Shown here one piece after another: positions 1 through 9,667 of a DNA stretch of 64,000 nt. The stretch covers positions 58-64,057 of the forward strand of contig JAQUJY010000005.1 of NCBI GenBank assembly GCA_028680705.1. Reading direction: 5' to 3'. This stretch comes from Bacteroidales bacterium (GTDB lineage: Bacteria > Bacteroidota > Bacteroidia > Bacteroidales > Tenuifilaceae). The position numbers were made by a program, and so were the translations under genes. Under the pieces are notes generated by a model, which ran no database searches, had not been told where the DNA came from, and saw only the letters and a list, made by a program, of their open reading frames with translations. Position 1 is the stretch's first letter. Each line of letters opens with the position of its first letter.

Positions 1-42
1 AATCCAGCTTGCTCATCGTGGGACGATGACGATGTTCCAACC

Positions 43-59
43 GCCTGCACTTTATCAAC
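43..59 (+). repeat. 17-nt direct repeat, copy 1 (GCCTGCACTTTATCAAC)
   Basis: The same exact 17-mer occurs at 3292..3308 in the same orientation. Read directly from the sequence. It lies 98 nt beyond the stop of the minus-strand gene 157..1299. Confidence 0.85.
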
Positions 60-156
60 CCCCAGCCGTTAGCATTTACTGCCCAAGTAAATTAGACCAC
101 TATACTTCTATCTATTTCCACCACCACAAAGGGAAACAAACAAAAACGACATCGCA

Positions 157-1299
157 TTAAAACATTAGGCTTATAAAATAAAAAATCCAGTGTGCAGATA
201 TTCCTGCAAAAAGCCCGCCTATTGTGTGCGAAAGAAGAGCTTTCCCTGTAAGTTTCCTGTATCCTAACGAATCAAGCATTGCTGTGTGGGTGCTTAAGAA
301 TCCGCTCCAGCACATACCCATTGCGGTAAATACTGCTATGGCGTTGCCATCGATTAGTCCTGCATTCTGAAATTTTGGGATTAAACCAAGTGCAGCACCA
401 ACTGCACCGAGAGATGTTATTGGGAAGGCAATTAGCTCAGGACTCTTAAATCCGAATAACCACTCAAATATAAAGTTAACCTTTTGGGCAAGATGGGGTA
501 GTAGGGCAATTCCCTCATAAGCTTTTCCCGTAAAACCTTCGGGGCTAGGGCCAAAGGTAAGCATCATAACAAATGTTGAAATAATTAGTACCCCAGGAAT
601 AATGGCAAGCCCCAAATCTACCCCCATTTTTCCTCCGTCGAGTATTGAGTTTAATCCCCTTAAAAAAACGCTACCTTCGGATTTAAACGAAATTTGCTGC
701 TCGTCTCCACCCTCAACTTGCTCTGTTTCCAATTCGGGGTACAGCTTAATGGTAAACCTTTGCATTAATCTTGTCGAGATTATACTGCCAATAATAGCGC
801 CTACTAATCCGATAACAGCAGCAAATCCATAGCCTCTACCAGCCATAAAAATGATTACAACCAGCCCCATTCCAAAGGCAGTTCCGAAGTTAGTGAGAGA
901 TATTAGCTGGTATTTTTTAAAATATTTATTGAAATGTTTCTCGTTTGCAAGGCTAATAATTGCAGGATTGTCCGATAGAAATGTTAATAATCCACCCAAT
1001 GCAGCAACCCCTGGCAGGTTATAAATTGGTTTCATTAATGGTTTTAGCATCACTTCTAGTAGGCGAACCACTCCAAATTCGGTTAAAAGTTTGCCCAAAG
1101 CCCCCGATAGTACTGTTATCGCCATGATGTAAAAAACAGTATCGATTAGCAGGCTGTACGAGGTTTGCATAATTGTGTTGAGCATGTTTGGCAAACCCAT
1201 TTTGCTCCCAATAAACGTGAAGGTTCCAAAGAATATGATTAAGAATACACCAGCCTCTATTCTTCGTTTGGTAAGGAATTTAAATGATTTGTATCTCAT
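157..1299 (-). CDS. Polytopic inner-membrane protein, nucleoside-recognition (Gate) domain-like
   Basis: 380-aa ORF that is hydrophobic throughout with many predicted TM segments. The N-terminal half (GALGKLLTEFGVVRLLEVMLKPLMKPIYNLPGVAALGGLLTFLSDNPA) resembles Gate/nucleoside-recognition domain membrane proteins from memory. The family call is tentative. Confidence 0.45.
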   Translation of the reverse strand: MRYKSFKFLTKRRIEAGVFLIIFFGTFTFIGSKMGLPNMLNTIMQTSYSLLIDTVFYIMAITVLSGALGKLLTEFGVVRLLEVMLKPLMKPIYNLPGVAALGGLLTFLSDNPAIISLANEKHFNKYFKKYQLISLTNFGTAFGMGLVVIIFMAGRGYGFAAVIGLVGAIIGSIISTRLMQRFTIKLYPELETEQVEGGDEQQISFKSEGSVFLRGLNSILDGGKMGVDLGLAIIPGVLIISTFVMMLTFGPSPEGFTGKAYEGIALLPHLAQKVNFIFEWLFGFKSPELIAFPITSLGAVGAALGLIPKFQNAGLIDGNAIAVFTAMGMCWSGFLSTHTAMLDSLGYRKLTGKALLSHTIGGLFAGISAHWIFYFISLMF

Positions 1300-1319
1300 A
1301 AACCGGTATTATAGTATAA

Positions 1320-2336
1320 TTATTTTTTAATAATATTCATTTGCCAACGAACTCCAAAATTAAATGTATGGTACTGCAATCGGTCGTTATTCGAAGCCCA
1401 AACAGCATGTAGGCGTACATCTTTACTGTTACTTATGGGAAAGTATTCTACTCCTGCTCCATAAAAAAAATGCTCCGTTCCGGGTTCAACATAACGGTCG
1501 TAAATAAACATAGCGGTTGGTTCCTGTGCTTTGTTTTCATCGTATCCTGCTTTTACAAATAGCTTTATTTTGCTATTTACGGCGTACTTCAAATTGCTAA
1601 TAACGGAATAATCTGCGAACAAGTTTTTTTGGTGTTCCGAGAATCTATCCATTAAATCAACCTCAACGGATAGATTGCTAAAGCTGAATTTATTTCCTAA
1701 AGTGATGTAGTTTATGTAATGACCCTTTTCGTATTCTATTCTATTTAGAGAATAGATTGAGTTAAATCCGTCGAAATTTCCGTACCATATTAAGTTGTAT
1801 GAATAGATGTTTTGCAATGTTTGTGTTGAGAAAGGTGAGTTTGTAATCTGAAACCCAATGTTGTGCTTCTCATCCGTTGTTTTATAGTTTACTGTTCCTC
1901 CTATTTGGTAGCAAGTAACATTGTTCCAAAACTCAGACCAAAGGTATACATCAATTGGTGCAGCATCATACTCAAATCCACCTATGGCAACTATTTGTTT
2001 TCCTCCAGAGATAGAGATGTTTCTATTTATTTTATAGCTCAGGTATAACCAATCTGTTGCATTAAAGAAACTATGATATCCAGGCTTACTATCTAAAATT
2101 AATCGTTGACGGTAATTGTAAGAGAATTTATCATTGATTTCTCCTTCAAGTATGATATTTAGGTATTTCCCATCAAAACTCGACAAGGGGGATAAGCTAT
2201 CCTGCATTGGAATTTTAGCAGTAAAATCGAAACGGGTGTCGAATTTCAATCCAACATTGGGGAATGTATCCTGAGACAGAAGAAATTTTGGTAAAAAAAT
2301 AAACGCAAATACCATTACTGTTATAAATCTTCTCAT
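1320..2336 (-). CDS. Outer-membrane beta-barrel porin-like protein
   Basis: 338-aa ORF with a signal peptide (MRRFITVMVFAFIFLPKFLLSQ). It shows alternating hydrophobic beta-strand patterning and many aromatic girdle residues. It ends 20 nt upstream of the 157..1299 gene start, so the two are probably one operon. Confidence 0.45.
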   Translation of the reverse strand: MRRFITVMVFAFIFLPKFLLSQDTFPNVGLKFDTRFDFTAKIPMQDSLSPLSSFDGKYLNIILEGEINDKFSYNYRQRLILDSKPGYHSFFNATDWLYLSYKINRNISISGGKQIVAIGGFEYDAAPIDVYLWSEFWNNVTCYQIGGTVNYKTTDEKHNIGFQITNSPFSTQTLQNIYSYNLIWYGNFDGFNSIYSLNRIEYEKGHYINYITLGNKFSFSNLSVEVDLMDRFSEHQKNLFADYSVISNLKYAVNSKIKLFVKAGYDENKAQEPTAMFIYDRYVEPGTEHFFYGAGVEYFPISNSKDVRLHAVWASNNDRLQYHTFNFGVRWQMNIIKK

Positions 2337-2666
2337 CTTCCTAAATTATAGGTGTTCAAAGGTGCGAAGATATATAATTTAAAATCCTCTATACTCTTAA
2401 ACCTCAAGCGGCGCACATGCTTTAAAACATTGTGCAGCATTGGGGCGTATCCATTGTGGTTACTAGGCTTTTAAGGACTTTATTTTGGCATGAAAATTCC
2501 TGTATGAGAAAAGTCATTCTTTATACGGAACTCCCAAGTTTTTCTAAACTTCCATTAGTCTATCCTGTTACCTCGTTAGATGAGGTTTACTCACTTAGTG
2601 GTTTTTTTATTCTGATGAATGTTAGCATATAGCTATAAATCTGATTATTTTGGGTAGTATAATAAA

Positions 2667-2827
2667 GGCAAAAGGGAAGCCTTTAAAAGCATACCAAAAA
2701 CTGTTTCCGAGATTTAACTGAAGCCTAAGACGGTAAATAGTCTGCATCTCACAACGACTTGAAGGCTTTAACAGGTAAACTTTTGGATAATTTGGTATAT
2801 TTACTAGCGAGTTGTGGTGCATTTTAG
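2667..2827 (+). pseudogene. Possible remnant of a RelE/ParE-superfamily addiction-module killer gene
   Basis: One frame reads GKREAFKSIPKTVSEI*L, compared with the remembered consensus G-GD-K-VG-GVSELR. Another frame reads LVYLLASCGAF*, compared with V-LL-GGDKS. Stops and at least one frameshift interrupt it. It sits directly upstream of the antidote gene, where the toxin of this pair normally lies. The alignment was done by eye only. Confidence 0.25.
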
Positions 2828-3171
2828 GAAATAGATTCAGATTGTTTTATAAATCATTAATTTTTCTGCAGAATTTTGAATTAAAAAATAGAGAAAAGGA
2901 AACTTTAAAATTTGATATAGCGGACTACTTAGATAGTAACGAAATGATTGCAGAATATCTTAATTCTGTATTGGCAGAAGGAAATGATTCCGATGTAATT
3001 ACAGCAATCGGACATATTGCAAAATCTATTGGAATGACAAAAATTGCTCAAGAGACTGGATTAAGTAGACCAAGTTTATACAAAGCATTATCTGATGGCG
3101 CTAAGCCTCAATTTGAGACAATTATGAAAGTACATAAGAGCAATCGGTGGACAAATTCAAATAAATCCTGA
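2812..3171 (+). CDS. Addiction-module antidote protein (HigA/XRE-type HTH), possibly disrupted
   Basis: KFDIADYLDSNEMIAEYLNSVLAEGNDSDVITAIGHIAKSIGMTKIAQETGLSRPSLYKALSDGAKPQFETIMKV matches the antidote family with an HTH motif. The only in-frame start is a TTG at 2812, 32 codons before the conserved N-terminus at 2908. The C-terminus looks frameshifted near 3136, because the +1 frame continues AIGGQIQINPD to a stop at 3206-3208. Confidence 0.6.
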   Translation: MWCILGNRFRLFYKSLIFLQNFELKNREKETLKFDIADYLDSNEMIAEYLNSVLAEGNDSDVITAIGHIAKSIGMTKIAQETGLSRPSLYKALSDGAKPQFETIMKVHKSNRWTNSNKS

Positions 3172-3291
3172 CAGTTTAAGAAAAGACGCACCACAATACG
3201 CGGTATAAAAAATTGCAGAGATAGTACGTTCTTCAAGAGTTGTAGCCCGCTGGATATTTTGTGTAACTCGAAAGGAAAGTGGCCCACAATT

Positions 3292-3308
3292 GCCTGCACT
3301 TTATCAAC
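3292..3308 (+). repeat. 17-nt direct repeat, copy 2 (GCCTGCACTTTATCAAC)
   Basis: Exact match to 43..59. It lies 80 nt beyond the stop of the minus-strand SDR gene. Confidence 0.85.
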
Positions 3309-3387
3309 AAAATGATTGCATTATTGCTGAACTTGGGTTAGGGGTTACTAGACCTTTCCCGAATATTGCAGAAAGTTAGTGTCATAA

Positions 3388-4326
3388 TCATCCGCCCTTT
3401 TTAAACTCATATTTTACTCCGGTTAGCTCCTCCGAGATACTCCATAGTTTTTGTGCATCATTAGGGTTAGATGATGTTTTTCTAGGTTTTACCAGTACTG
3501 GGCTTCCTCCAAGTTGCAGAAAACCTGAAGGGCCATAGAATTCGCCACTCTTTACATTTTTATCAACTGCTGCTCTTAGCTGCGATAGCGCACCTGACTT
3601 GGGAGTTGGTAAAACTTTTTTAATCAGCGGGCGGAACAGCTGAAACATGAACTTTCCCTCTCTGTGCCGACCCAGGTTTGTGAATGAAGCTCCGGGGTGA
3701 GCTGCCACAGCAATGCTATTGACGCCATTTATTTCGAATTTACGTTGAAGTTCATAGGCAAACAGCAGGTTTGCCAGTTTAGAGCGAGCGTAAGCCCTCA
3801 TGGGATGATAGCTGTTGGCACTTTCGAATAGCGTATTTTTAAAGCTAATTTTCCAACCCATATGGGCAAGGCTGCTTACTACAACCACTCGGGAGTTGGG
3901 TGTGCAAGTTAAGATATCTAATAAAAGGCCTGTAAGGGCAAAATGGCCCAGATGATTTGTTCCCATCTGGCTCTCAAAGCCATCCTTTGTAAGGCCATAG
4001 GGGGTTGTCATTATGCCAGCATTGTTAATAAGTATATGCAGCTGAGTGTAGTTCTGCTTAAAATTTTCGGCAAAACTCTTTATGGATGATAAATCCATGA
4101 GGTCGATGGGTATTATAACAACTTTTGCCTCAGGTGTTTCTTCAAGGATTTTAATTCTTGCCGCTTCTCCTCTACTTTCTGAGCGACAAGCAAGAACCAA
4201 GTTTGCCCCTTTTTTTGCAATTACTTTAGCTGTTTCAAATCCTAACCCGCTGTTTCCGCCTGTTATTACTACTATTCTGTCTGTTAGGTCAGGTATATCA
4301 TTAATAGTCCATTTTTTAGCCCCCAT
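3388..4326 (-). CDS. Short-chain dehydrogenase/reductase (SDR) family oxidoreductase
   Basis: TGGNSGLGFETA cofactor motif, NNAG motif, and a YARSK catalytic Y-x3-K. 312 aa. Confidence 0.85.
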   Translation of the reverse strand: MGAKKWTINDIPDLTDRIVVITGGNSGLGFETAKVIAKKGANLVLACRSESRGEAARIKILEETPEAKVVIIPIDLMDLSSIKSFAENFKQNYTQLHILINNAGIMTTPYGLTKDGFESQMGTNHLGHFALTGLLLDILTCTPNSRVVVVSSLAHMGWKISFKNTLFESANSYHPMRAYARSKLANLLFAYELQRKFEINGVNSIAVAAHPGASFTNLGRHREGKFMFQLFRPLIKKVLPTPKSGALSQLRAAVDKNVKSGEFYGPSGFLQLGGSPVLVKPRKTSSNPNDAQKLWSISEELTGVKYEFKKGG

Positions 4327-4665
4327 AAAATCGAATTTTTAAATAGATAAGGGGCGAATTTACAATAAAATGGGAGTATATAAATCAGTATCGTTTATTT
4401 AAGATGATATGGATTCCTATTCAAACTTCGACTTCGCTATTAGATTTGTTATGTTATTTTTATGGAAGTTTAACCAAATTAAATTTCTGAACAACCAGAG
4501 GAGCATTGGTGAACTATTTCGACTCTTAAACATAGAGGTTTATAGCACGTTTCAAGTCAAGCCTATAGTTCGTTTAAATCAAATGATGTTAAGGAATTAA
4601 CGAAGTTAAGTCCACACAAGCGTGGTTTTAGCGGCTTGCTATTGTTATATAGTTGTTTTTTTATT

Positions 4666-5877
4666 TTACATTATCTGAATTACCTTTTGACTTTTCGAAT
4701 AGGTTCGTTGTAGTATGGCCCAGTTAGCAAAGAAGAAAACTGCAGCCATCACCCAGAGGTGTAAAAATTCTTTTCTTGCTGCTGAAAGAGGTGTTCCCAT
4801 CACACAAACCTTTAGTATTCCCTTAACGCCTGGGGTGCTAGGGAAAAGTTGCGATAGTGCTTCAAATCCCCAGGGAAATGCTTCAACAGGCCAGGAAAAC
4901 CCACTTAAAAACAGAAGTGGTACCGAGGTAAATAGAAGCGTAATCATTGACTGTTCGCGACTTTTAAAAAGAGTGGAGAGTAGCATCCCTAAAAATATAC
5001 ACGATAACAGGAAAGGCACAGAGAAAAGGAATATGTTTAGTGGATTTCCCCAATGGGGGAAGTTAAACCATCGCATTACAAGTGCAAGCAGGTAAAACGA
5101 TATGGGTATGTAAATGGTTAAGTATGCCAGCGAGCGCCCCATTATAAGCCTATTGGTTCCGCCCTTTAGCTCCGATAGCACCTTAAGGTAACCGCGAACT
5201 CCTCTTTCCTTTTCAGAGCCACCAAGCATTCCTATACCAATTAACAAGCTTTGCTGTAAAATCAGCATAATAAGCGCAGGCATTGCGTAACTACCATAAC
5301 CCGATGATGGGTTGTAAAGAGGTTCGCTTACAAAATCGATTGGTGCGGCTAAGTGTGCCGATTGGTTTGGGTGCAATCCTTGCATTCCGAGCCGTTCAAC
5401 CTTAACCGTATTGCCAATGGCTTGTGTTACCGACATTGTTCCCTGCAGAACCTGCTTGTAAACAAGCAGGTAGCTAGCATCCGCATAAAGGGCAATAACG
5501 GCTTGCGCTCCTGTTGCAATGTTTTTGCCGTAGTCTGAAGGAATATGGATAACACCATGTACCGTCCCTTTGTAGAACTGTTCTGTAGCTTCGGTAAGGC
5601 TAAGCGGTTTTGTTGCTACGGTAATTTGCTCCGTTGCATCAAGCAAGCGTGTTAACTTGCGAGATTGCTGTGTATTGTCCAAATCGACTACCGCAATGGG
5701 TGTTTTGCGCAGTACTTCAGTGTTATAGCTAACTCCGTAGAGCAACGGGTAAATCAATGTTGCACCAAAAAATATCAGCATAACGCCACCATCGGTAAAC
5801 ACGCGTTTAAGCTCCGAAAACCAGATGGAACCCATCTCTCGAAATCCAGTAAAAATATATTTTTTAAATTTATTCAT
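4666..5877 (-). CDS. ABC-2 type transporter permease
   Basis: 403 aa with an N-terminal TM, a large periplasmic loop and a C-terminal cluster of TM helices, as in YbhS/YbhR-like proteins. Last gene of the TetR-TolC-HlyD operon. Confidence 0.75.
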   Translation of the reverse strand: MNKFKKYIFTGFREMGSIWFSELKRVFTDGGVMLIFFGATLIYPLLYGVSYNTEVLRKTPIAVVDLDNTQQSRKLTRLLDATEQITVATKPLSLTEATEQFYKGTVHGVIHIPSDYGKNIATGAQAVIALYADASYLLVYKQVLQGTMSVTQAIGNTVKVERLGMQGLHPNQSAHLAAPIDFVSEPLYNPSSGYGSYAMPALIMLILQQSLLIGIGMLGGSEKERGVRGYLKVLSELKGGTNRLIMGRSLAYLTIYIPISFYLLALVMRWFNFPHWGNPLNIFLFSVPFLLSCIFLGMLLSTLFKSREQSMITLLFTSVPLLFLSGFSWPVEAFPWGFEALSQLFPSTPGVKGILKVCVMGTPLSAARKEFLHLWVMAAVFFFANWAILQRTYSKSQKVIQIM

Positions 5878-5883
5878 AACAAA

Positions 5884-7065
5884 CTAGTCTTTACCCCATA
5901 GTTGTGGCGTTTTACATACTTTCTTCAATCTCCTAATGAACAAAAACGGAACGACCAAAAAGAGATTAAGAGCAAGCAGTGCTGGCAGCGACGATGCCAC
6001 TGGTGCCCCTTGTAGCGACTGCTCGACAAATACTTTTATGTAATGGGTAAATGGAAATATATCGCTAAAAATCATCAGAGGCTTATACATGGCCATTTGT
6101 GGGTAGGTAAGCCCCGAAACGGTAAAAGCCAATGCAGCATAAACCGCCGATATGCTTAGAGCCATTCGCAAGCTATTGAATATGGCAACAATTGCAATTC
6201 CCATCGACATATAGGCTAACACAAATAGCGCTGCATTGTAGGTGATTATAAGTTTATTCCCATTTAACGGGGTGCCAAAATATTTAAACAGTAAAATGTT
6301 TACAAAAAGCATCATCAGCATGTATATCAACATGTATGGGAACAATTTGGCAGATAATGCTCTAATTATACTTCCTTTAGCTGTGGTGAGCCATTCGCCT
6401 GCTCTGTGGTATTTAAACTCCGACCCAATAGCGTAAGCGGTTCCTCCAAGTATGAACATTTGTAGCAATATTGGCAATAACGCCGTTGCTAGATAGTAGA
6501 AGTAGTTATTATAAGGATTAAATAGAACATGCGTATCCACTCTAACTGGCATAACAGCCTGCATGGCAGCATTGGTGTGTTGGCCTTTTTTTAAACGGAT
6601 ATTTAGGTCAACACCTGCCGAGAAGGTTGATATTGCAGTGGTAACATCCTTGGTTAGTATTCCACCAACAACCATATAGGCATTGTTAAAAATAAAGGCA
6701 ACCTGCGGTTGTGTTCCTTTAAAAATATCACGTTCAAAGTGCTCAGGGATAACGAGAACCCCGTAAATATCCATGTTTTCAATGGCTTGGCGTGCAGAGG
6801 TTAAGTCGGTATAACTTTGCACTATTTCTGCCGATGGTGTTGCATCAACCATCCTTATCAGTTTTCGTGATGTTGCACTCTGGTTTAGGTCAACCAAGCC
6901 TATGGGCAAATCGGAAGGAACTCCCTGACTAAAAAAAAGCGCCATTATACCAATGGCAAGTAAAGGTAATATAAGGGTTACCATTAAATAGGTACGCTTG
7001 CCAATCATCAATCTCAGCTCACGCTTAATAACTGCCCACCACCCCTTAGGCTTATAGCTACTCAT
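5884..7065 (-). CDS. ABC-2 type transporter permease (paralogue)
   Basis: 393 aa with the same architecture as the downstream gene. A 6-nt gap separates the two genes. Confidence 0.75.
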   Translation of the reverse strand: MSSYKPKGWWAVIKRELRLMIGKRTYLMVTLILPLLAIGIMALFFSQGVPSDLPIGLVDLNQSATSRKLIRMVDATPSAEIVQSYTDLTSARQAIENMDIYGVLVIPEHFERDIFKGTQPQVAFIFNNAYMVVGGILTKDVTTAISTFSAGVDLNIRLKKGQHTNAAMQAVMPVRVDTHVLFNPYNNYFYYLATALLPILLQMFILGGTAYAIGSEFKYHRAGEWLTTAKGSIIRALSAKLFPYMLIYMLMMLFVNILLFKYFGTPLNGNKLIITYNAALFVLAYMSMGIAIVAIFNSLRMALSISAVYAALAFTVSGLTYPQMAMYKPLMIFSDIFPFTHYIKVFVEQSLQGAPVASSLPALLALNLFLVVPFLFIRRLKKVCKTPQLWGKD

Positions 7066-7083
7066 TTTAATTTTGTGTTACAA

Positions 7084-8067
7084 CTACAGGTTATCCCAAT
7101 CAATAATTACACTCATACCAGGCCTAAGATTGTTAATTGTGGCTTCAGGTCGTGCCCTAACCTCAAAGGTTTTTAGGTCGAATGCCCCACTAGCCTTGGT
7201 TGCACGCCATGTGGCAAAATCACCCTCGGCCTTAATAAAGTTTACCTTTAGCGTAATTGTTTCTTCATTAAGAGCAGGAAGGCTAGCAGAAAATTCGGAG
7301 CCAATGGAAAACTTGGAAAGCATATCCTCACGAATGTGGAAGGTAACCCAGCAATCGCTTAGGTCGATAATGTGAACCACAGGAAACCCAGGGGTAACCA
7401 GTTCGCCTAGTTCTGCATTTATTTGTGATATTTCGCCGTTAATTGGCGAAGCCAAAAGAGTTTCGCCAAGGTATGACTGCACCTCGTTTATGGCACCCTT
7501 AGCCTGATTAACCAGTGCACGGGCAGCATCTCTATCTTCAATACGGGTTGCGCTGAGTGCCATCTCGTAGTTGGCTTTAGCAGCCTCTTCATTCATTTTC
7601 GATACGCGAAGCTGCGTTTCGGCCTCATCGTGTTTTTGAGCCGGAATAACACCTTCATTGTAAAGATTTTGCACCCTATTATAGGTTTTTTCTGCCAATT
7701 CCGATGCGGCAATAGCCTTTTGGTAAACGCTGTATGCCCCCGCAATTTGCTCAACTCGGGCACCCTTATCAGCTTTGCTGCTTTGCGCTTTTGTGGCTTC
7801 GCCCACTGCTGTAGCCTGTTGCATTTTTGCATCAATCTCAGGGCTGCTAAGCTCTATTAACAAATCGCCAGCAGAGACCTGTTGGCCTAAATCCACATGT
7901 TTTTGGGTGATGCGACCTATTATTTTGGTTGCTATCTTAACCTCAGTTGCCTCTACTTGTCCTTGAATAAGAATTGGTGCTGGCTTAAAGGCAAACCATC
8001 CGATTATTGAGAGGAGTGCAACAAAAACAATTGTTACTACCCCAATTATTACGCTACTATTTTTCAT
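7084..8067 (-). CDS. HlyD-family membrane fusion (periplasmic adaptor) protein
   Basis: N-terminal TM anchor, a lipoyl-like GQQVSAGDLL motif, a long coiled-coil hairpin, and a beta-barrel C-terminus. Confidence 0.85.
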   Translation of the reverse strand: MKNSSVIIGVVTIVFVALLSIIGWFAFKPAPILIQGQVEATEVKIATKIIGRITQKHVDLGQQVSAGDLLIELSSPEIDAKMQQATAVGEATKAQSSKADKGARVEQIAGAYSVYQKAIAASELAEKTYNRVQNLYNEGVIPAQKHDEAETQLRVSKMNEEAAKANYEMALSATRIEDRDAARALVNQAKGAINEVQSYLGETLLASPINGEISQINAELGELVTPGFPVVHIIDLSDCWVTFHIREDMLSKFSIGSEFSASLPALNEETITLKVNFIKAEGDFATWRATKASGAFDLKTFEVRARPEATINNLRPGMSVIIDWDNL

Positions 8068-8155
8068 TTCTTTACGTTGTTGTGCTATGATTAGTGACTG
8101 ATGTATTGTTTTATATTTTGTTTAGGTGTAACGGATTTGTTCCTAACTGTTAGTT

Positions 8156-9619
8156 TCACTCAACAATTTGTTGGCTAACACCACCTAACTCGAGCAGCAT
8201 TGCTAAGGCAACATTGTACTCATAAACCGATTTTAGCTGCTCAATTTTTACCTTTGAAAGGTTCATGTTGGCATCAACAACATCGGATGAGGTTGCAAAG
8301 CCCTCTCTAAAACCCTTTTCGCGTATGCGGAGGTATTCCTGGGCAAACTTAAGGCTAACCTCGCCGCTTTGGTACTGCTCTACCACCTGCTCCATTTGCT
8401 GGTAAACCTTGGTAATTCCTGTTGAAATATCTAGAGCAATCTTCTGTTCGGCAGTCTCAATTTGCTGATGTTGAATCTTAGTGGCTCTAATTTTATTTTG
8501 TTTGGCAAGGCCATCAAAAATGTTCATTTTTAAACCTATACCAACATACCAATTTGGGAGAAGGTCGGTCATGTTGTAACGGTAAATATCGTACGAACCC
8601 ATTAGGGCAATATCGGGAAAGTATTCAGAGCGCTCTTTGGTTATGGCTTGGTTGGCCAATAACTTTTTCTGTTCAAGCTGACCAAATACTGGATTGCTTT
8701 GCCGAGCCATTTCAATATAATTATTTAATGGCAACACGGTTTTCGCAATGCTCATTTGTGTTGTAGGAATAACAGGCTGGGTTGTGTTTAGTGAGCTTTT
8801 TAGCGCGGTTTGCATTAGTTCCACATCCTTTACTGCTTTTTTGAATTCCTTTTCGGCTTGCGCATATGCAACTTCGGCATGCAATCGCTCTGCCTCCGAA
8901 ATTATTCCGTTTTGCTCCATCTTACGAGCATTTTCTAGGTGATGATGCATTCCATCGAGAACTGTGTTACGAACTTTCACTACCTCAATAAAGAGTTGAA
9001 GTCCGTAGTAACGTTGCACCAGTGTGGTAATTTCTGCGTTGGTTATCATGCGTGTCTTTTCCAACTGTTCATTGGCACTGGCTTTAGCTGCCCTATTTGC
9101 TGCCGTAATTTTACCCCCAGTAAATATTGGCCACTTTAAATCGGCTGATATTTTCCCTAAATTGTCATCGAGTAAAACTTTTTCCCAGTTCGCATTGCTA
9201 ATAGCATCCAGCCCTTGTTGTGTACCTTGTTGTGCACCTTGCAAAAGTAATTTGTATAGTGGGTTTGAAGCAATTGCAGGGTTTGTTCCAATTAACTGGT
9301 TTTGAATTGCTGATATTTTGTAGATGCCCTCAAGTGCATCGCCAATTGGAGAAAGGTCCAGCGTTACTGGGTCGCTTGTGATACCGAATGTTGCATTAAC
9401 GCCAATTTGAGGCATATAAAAGCCTCTGGCAGACTTTAACTCGTACTCAGTTTGCTGATGAGCCTCATTGGCTGCCTTAACCGAAAGGTTTTGGCCAAGG
9501 AGAAGTTCAATGCTCTGCTGCAAGTTTAGTTTTAGCGTATCGGCCGATTCCTGAGCAAAGAGTTGCACCGGTATTGTCCCTACGACAAACAACCAAACAT
9601 ACATTGCTGTTTTTTTCAT
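8156..9619 (-). CDS. TolC-family outer-membrane efflux protein
   Basis: Signal peptide and two tandem repeats of the OEP helical pattern. 487 aa. Confidence 0.85.
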   Translation of the reverse strand: MKKTAMYVWLFVVGTIPVQLFAQESADTLKLNLQQSIELLLGQNLSVKAANEAHQQTEYELKSARGFYMPQIGVNATFGITSDPVTLDLSPIGDALEGIYKISAIQNQLIGTNPAIASNPLYKLLLQGAQQGTQQGLDAISNANWEKVLLDDNLGKISADLKWPIFTGGKITAANRAAKASANEQLEKTRMITNAEITTLVQRYYGLQLFIEVVKVRNTVLDGMHHHLENARKMEQNGIISEAERLHAEVAYAQAEKEFKKAVKDVELMQTALKSSLNTTQPVIPTTQMSIAKTVLPLNNYIEMARQSNPVFGQLEQKKLLANQAITKERSEYFPDIALMGSYDIYRYNMTDLLPNWYVGIGLKMNIFDGLAKQNKIRATKIQHQQIETAEQKIALDISTGITKVYQQMEQVVEQYQSGEVSLKFAQEYLRIREKGFREGFATSSDVVDANMNLSKVKIEQLKSVYEYNVALAMLLELGGVSQQIVE

Positions 9620-9667
9620 TGTAAATAGATGTTAAACATTTATTGTTAGCTAATTTTTGAGTGCAAT

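Noticed and set aside
2486-2500. Sigma-54-like element TGGCAT-N5-TTCC (rpoN is encoded in this window)
   Set aside because: Spacing is correct, but the -12 element reads TTCC instead of TTGC, losing the conserved -12 GC, and the -24 element has T for C. No intact gene lies downstream. Other TGGCAC occurrences (for example 53500 and 52297) have the wrong spacing and lie inside coding sequence.
2432-2822. Short ORFs 2432..2632 (+) and 2622..2822 (-) in the porin-antidote spacer
   Set aside because: They show no family resemblance and odd composition. The second overlaps the putative killer-gene remnant on the opposite strand. They are better explained as chance ORFs in decayed DNA.
3108-3299. 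63-aa minus-strand ORF starting with GTG inside the 17-nt repeat
   Set aside because: It overlaps the 3' end of the antidote gene in antisense and has no recognisable features. The GTG is noted under the repeat finding, but the ORF itself is not supported.
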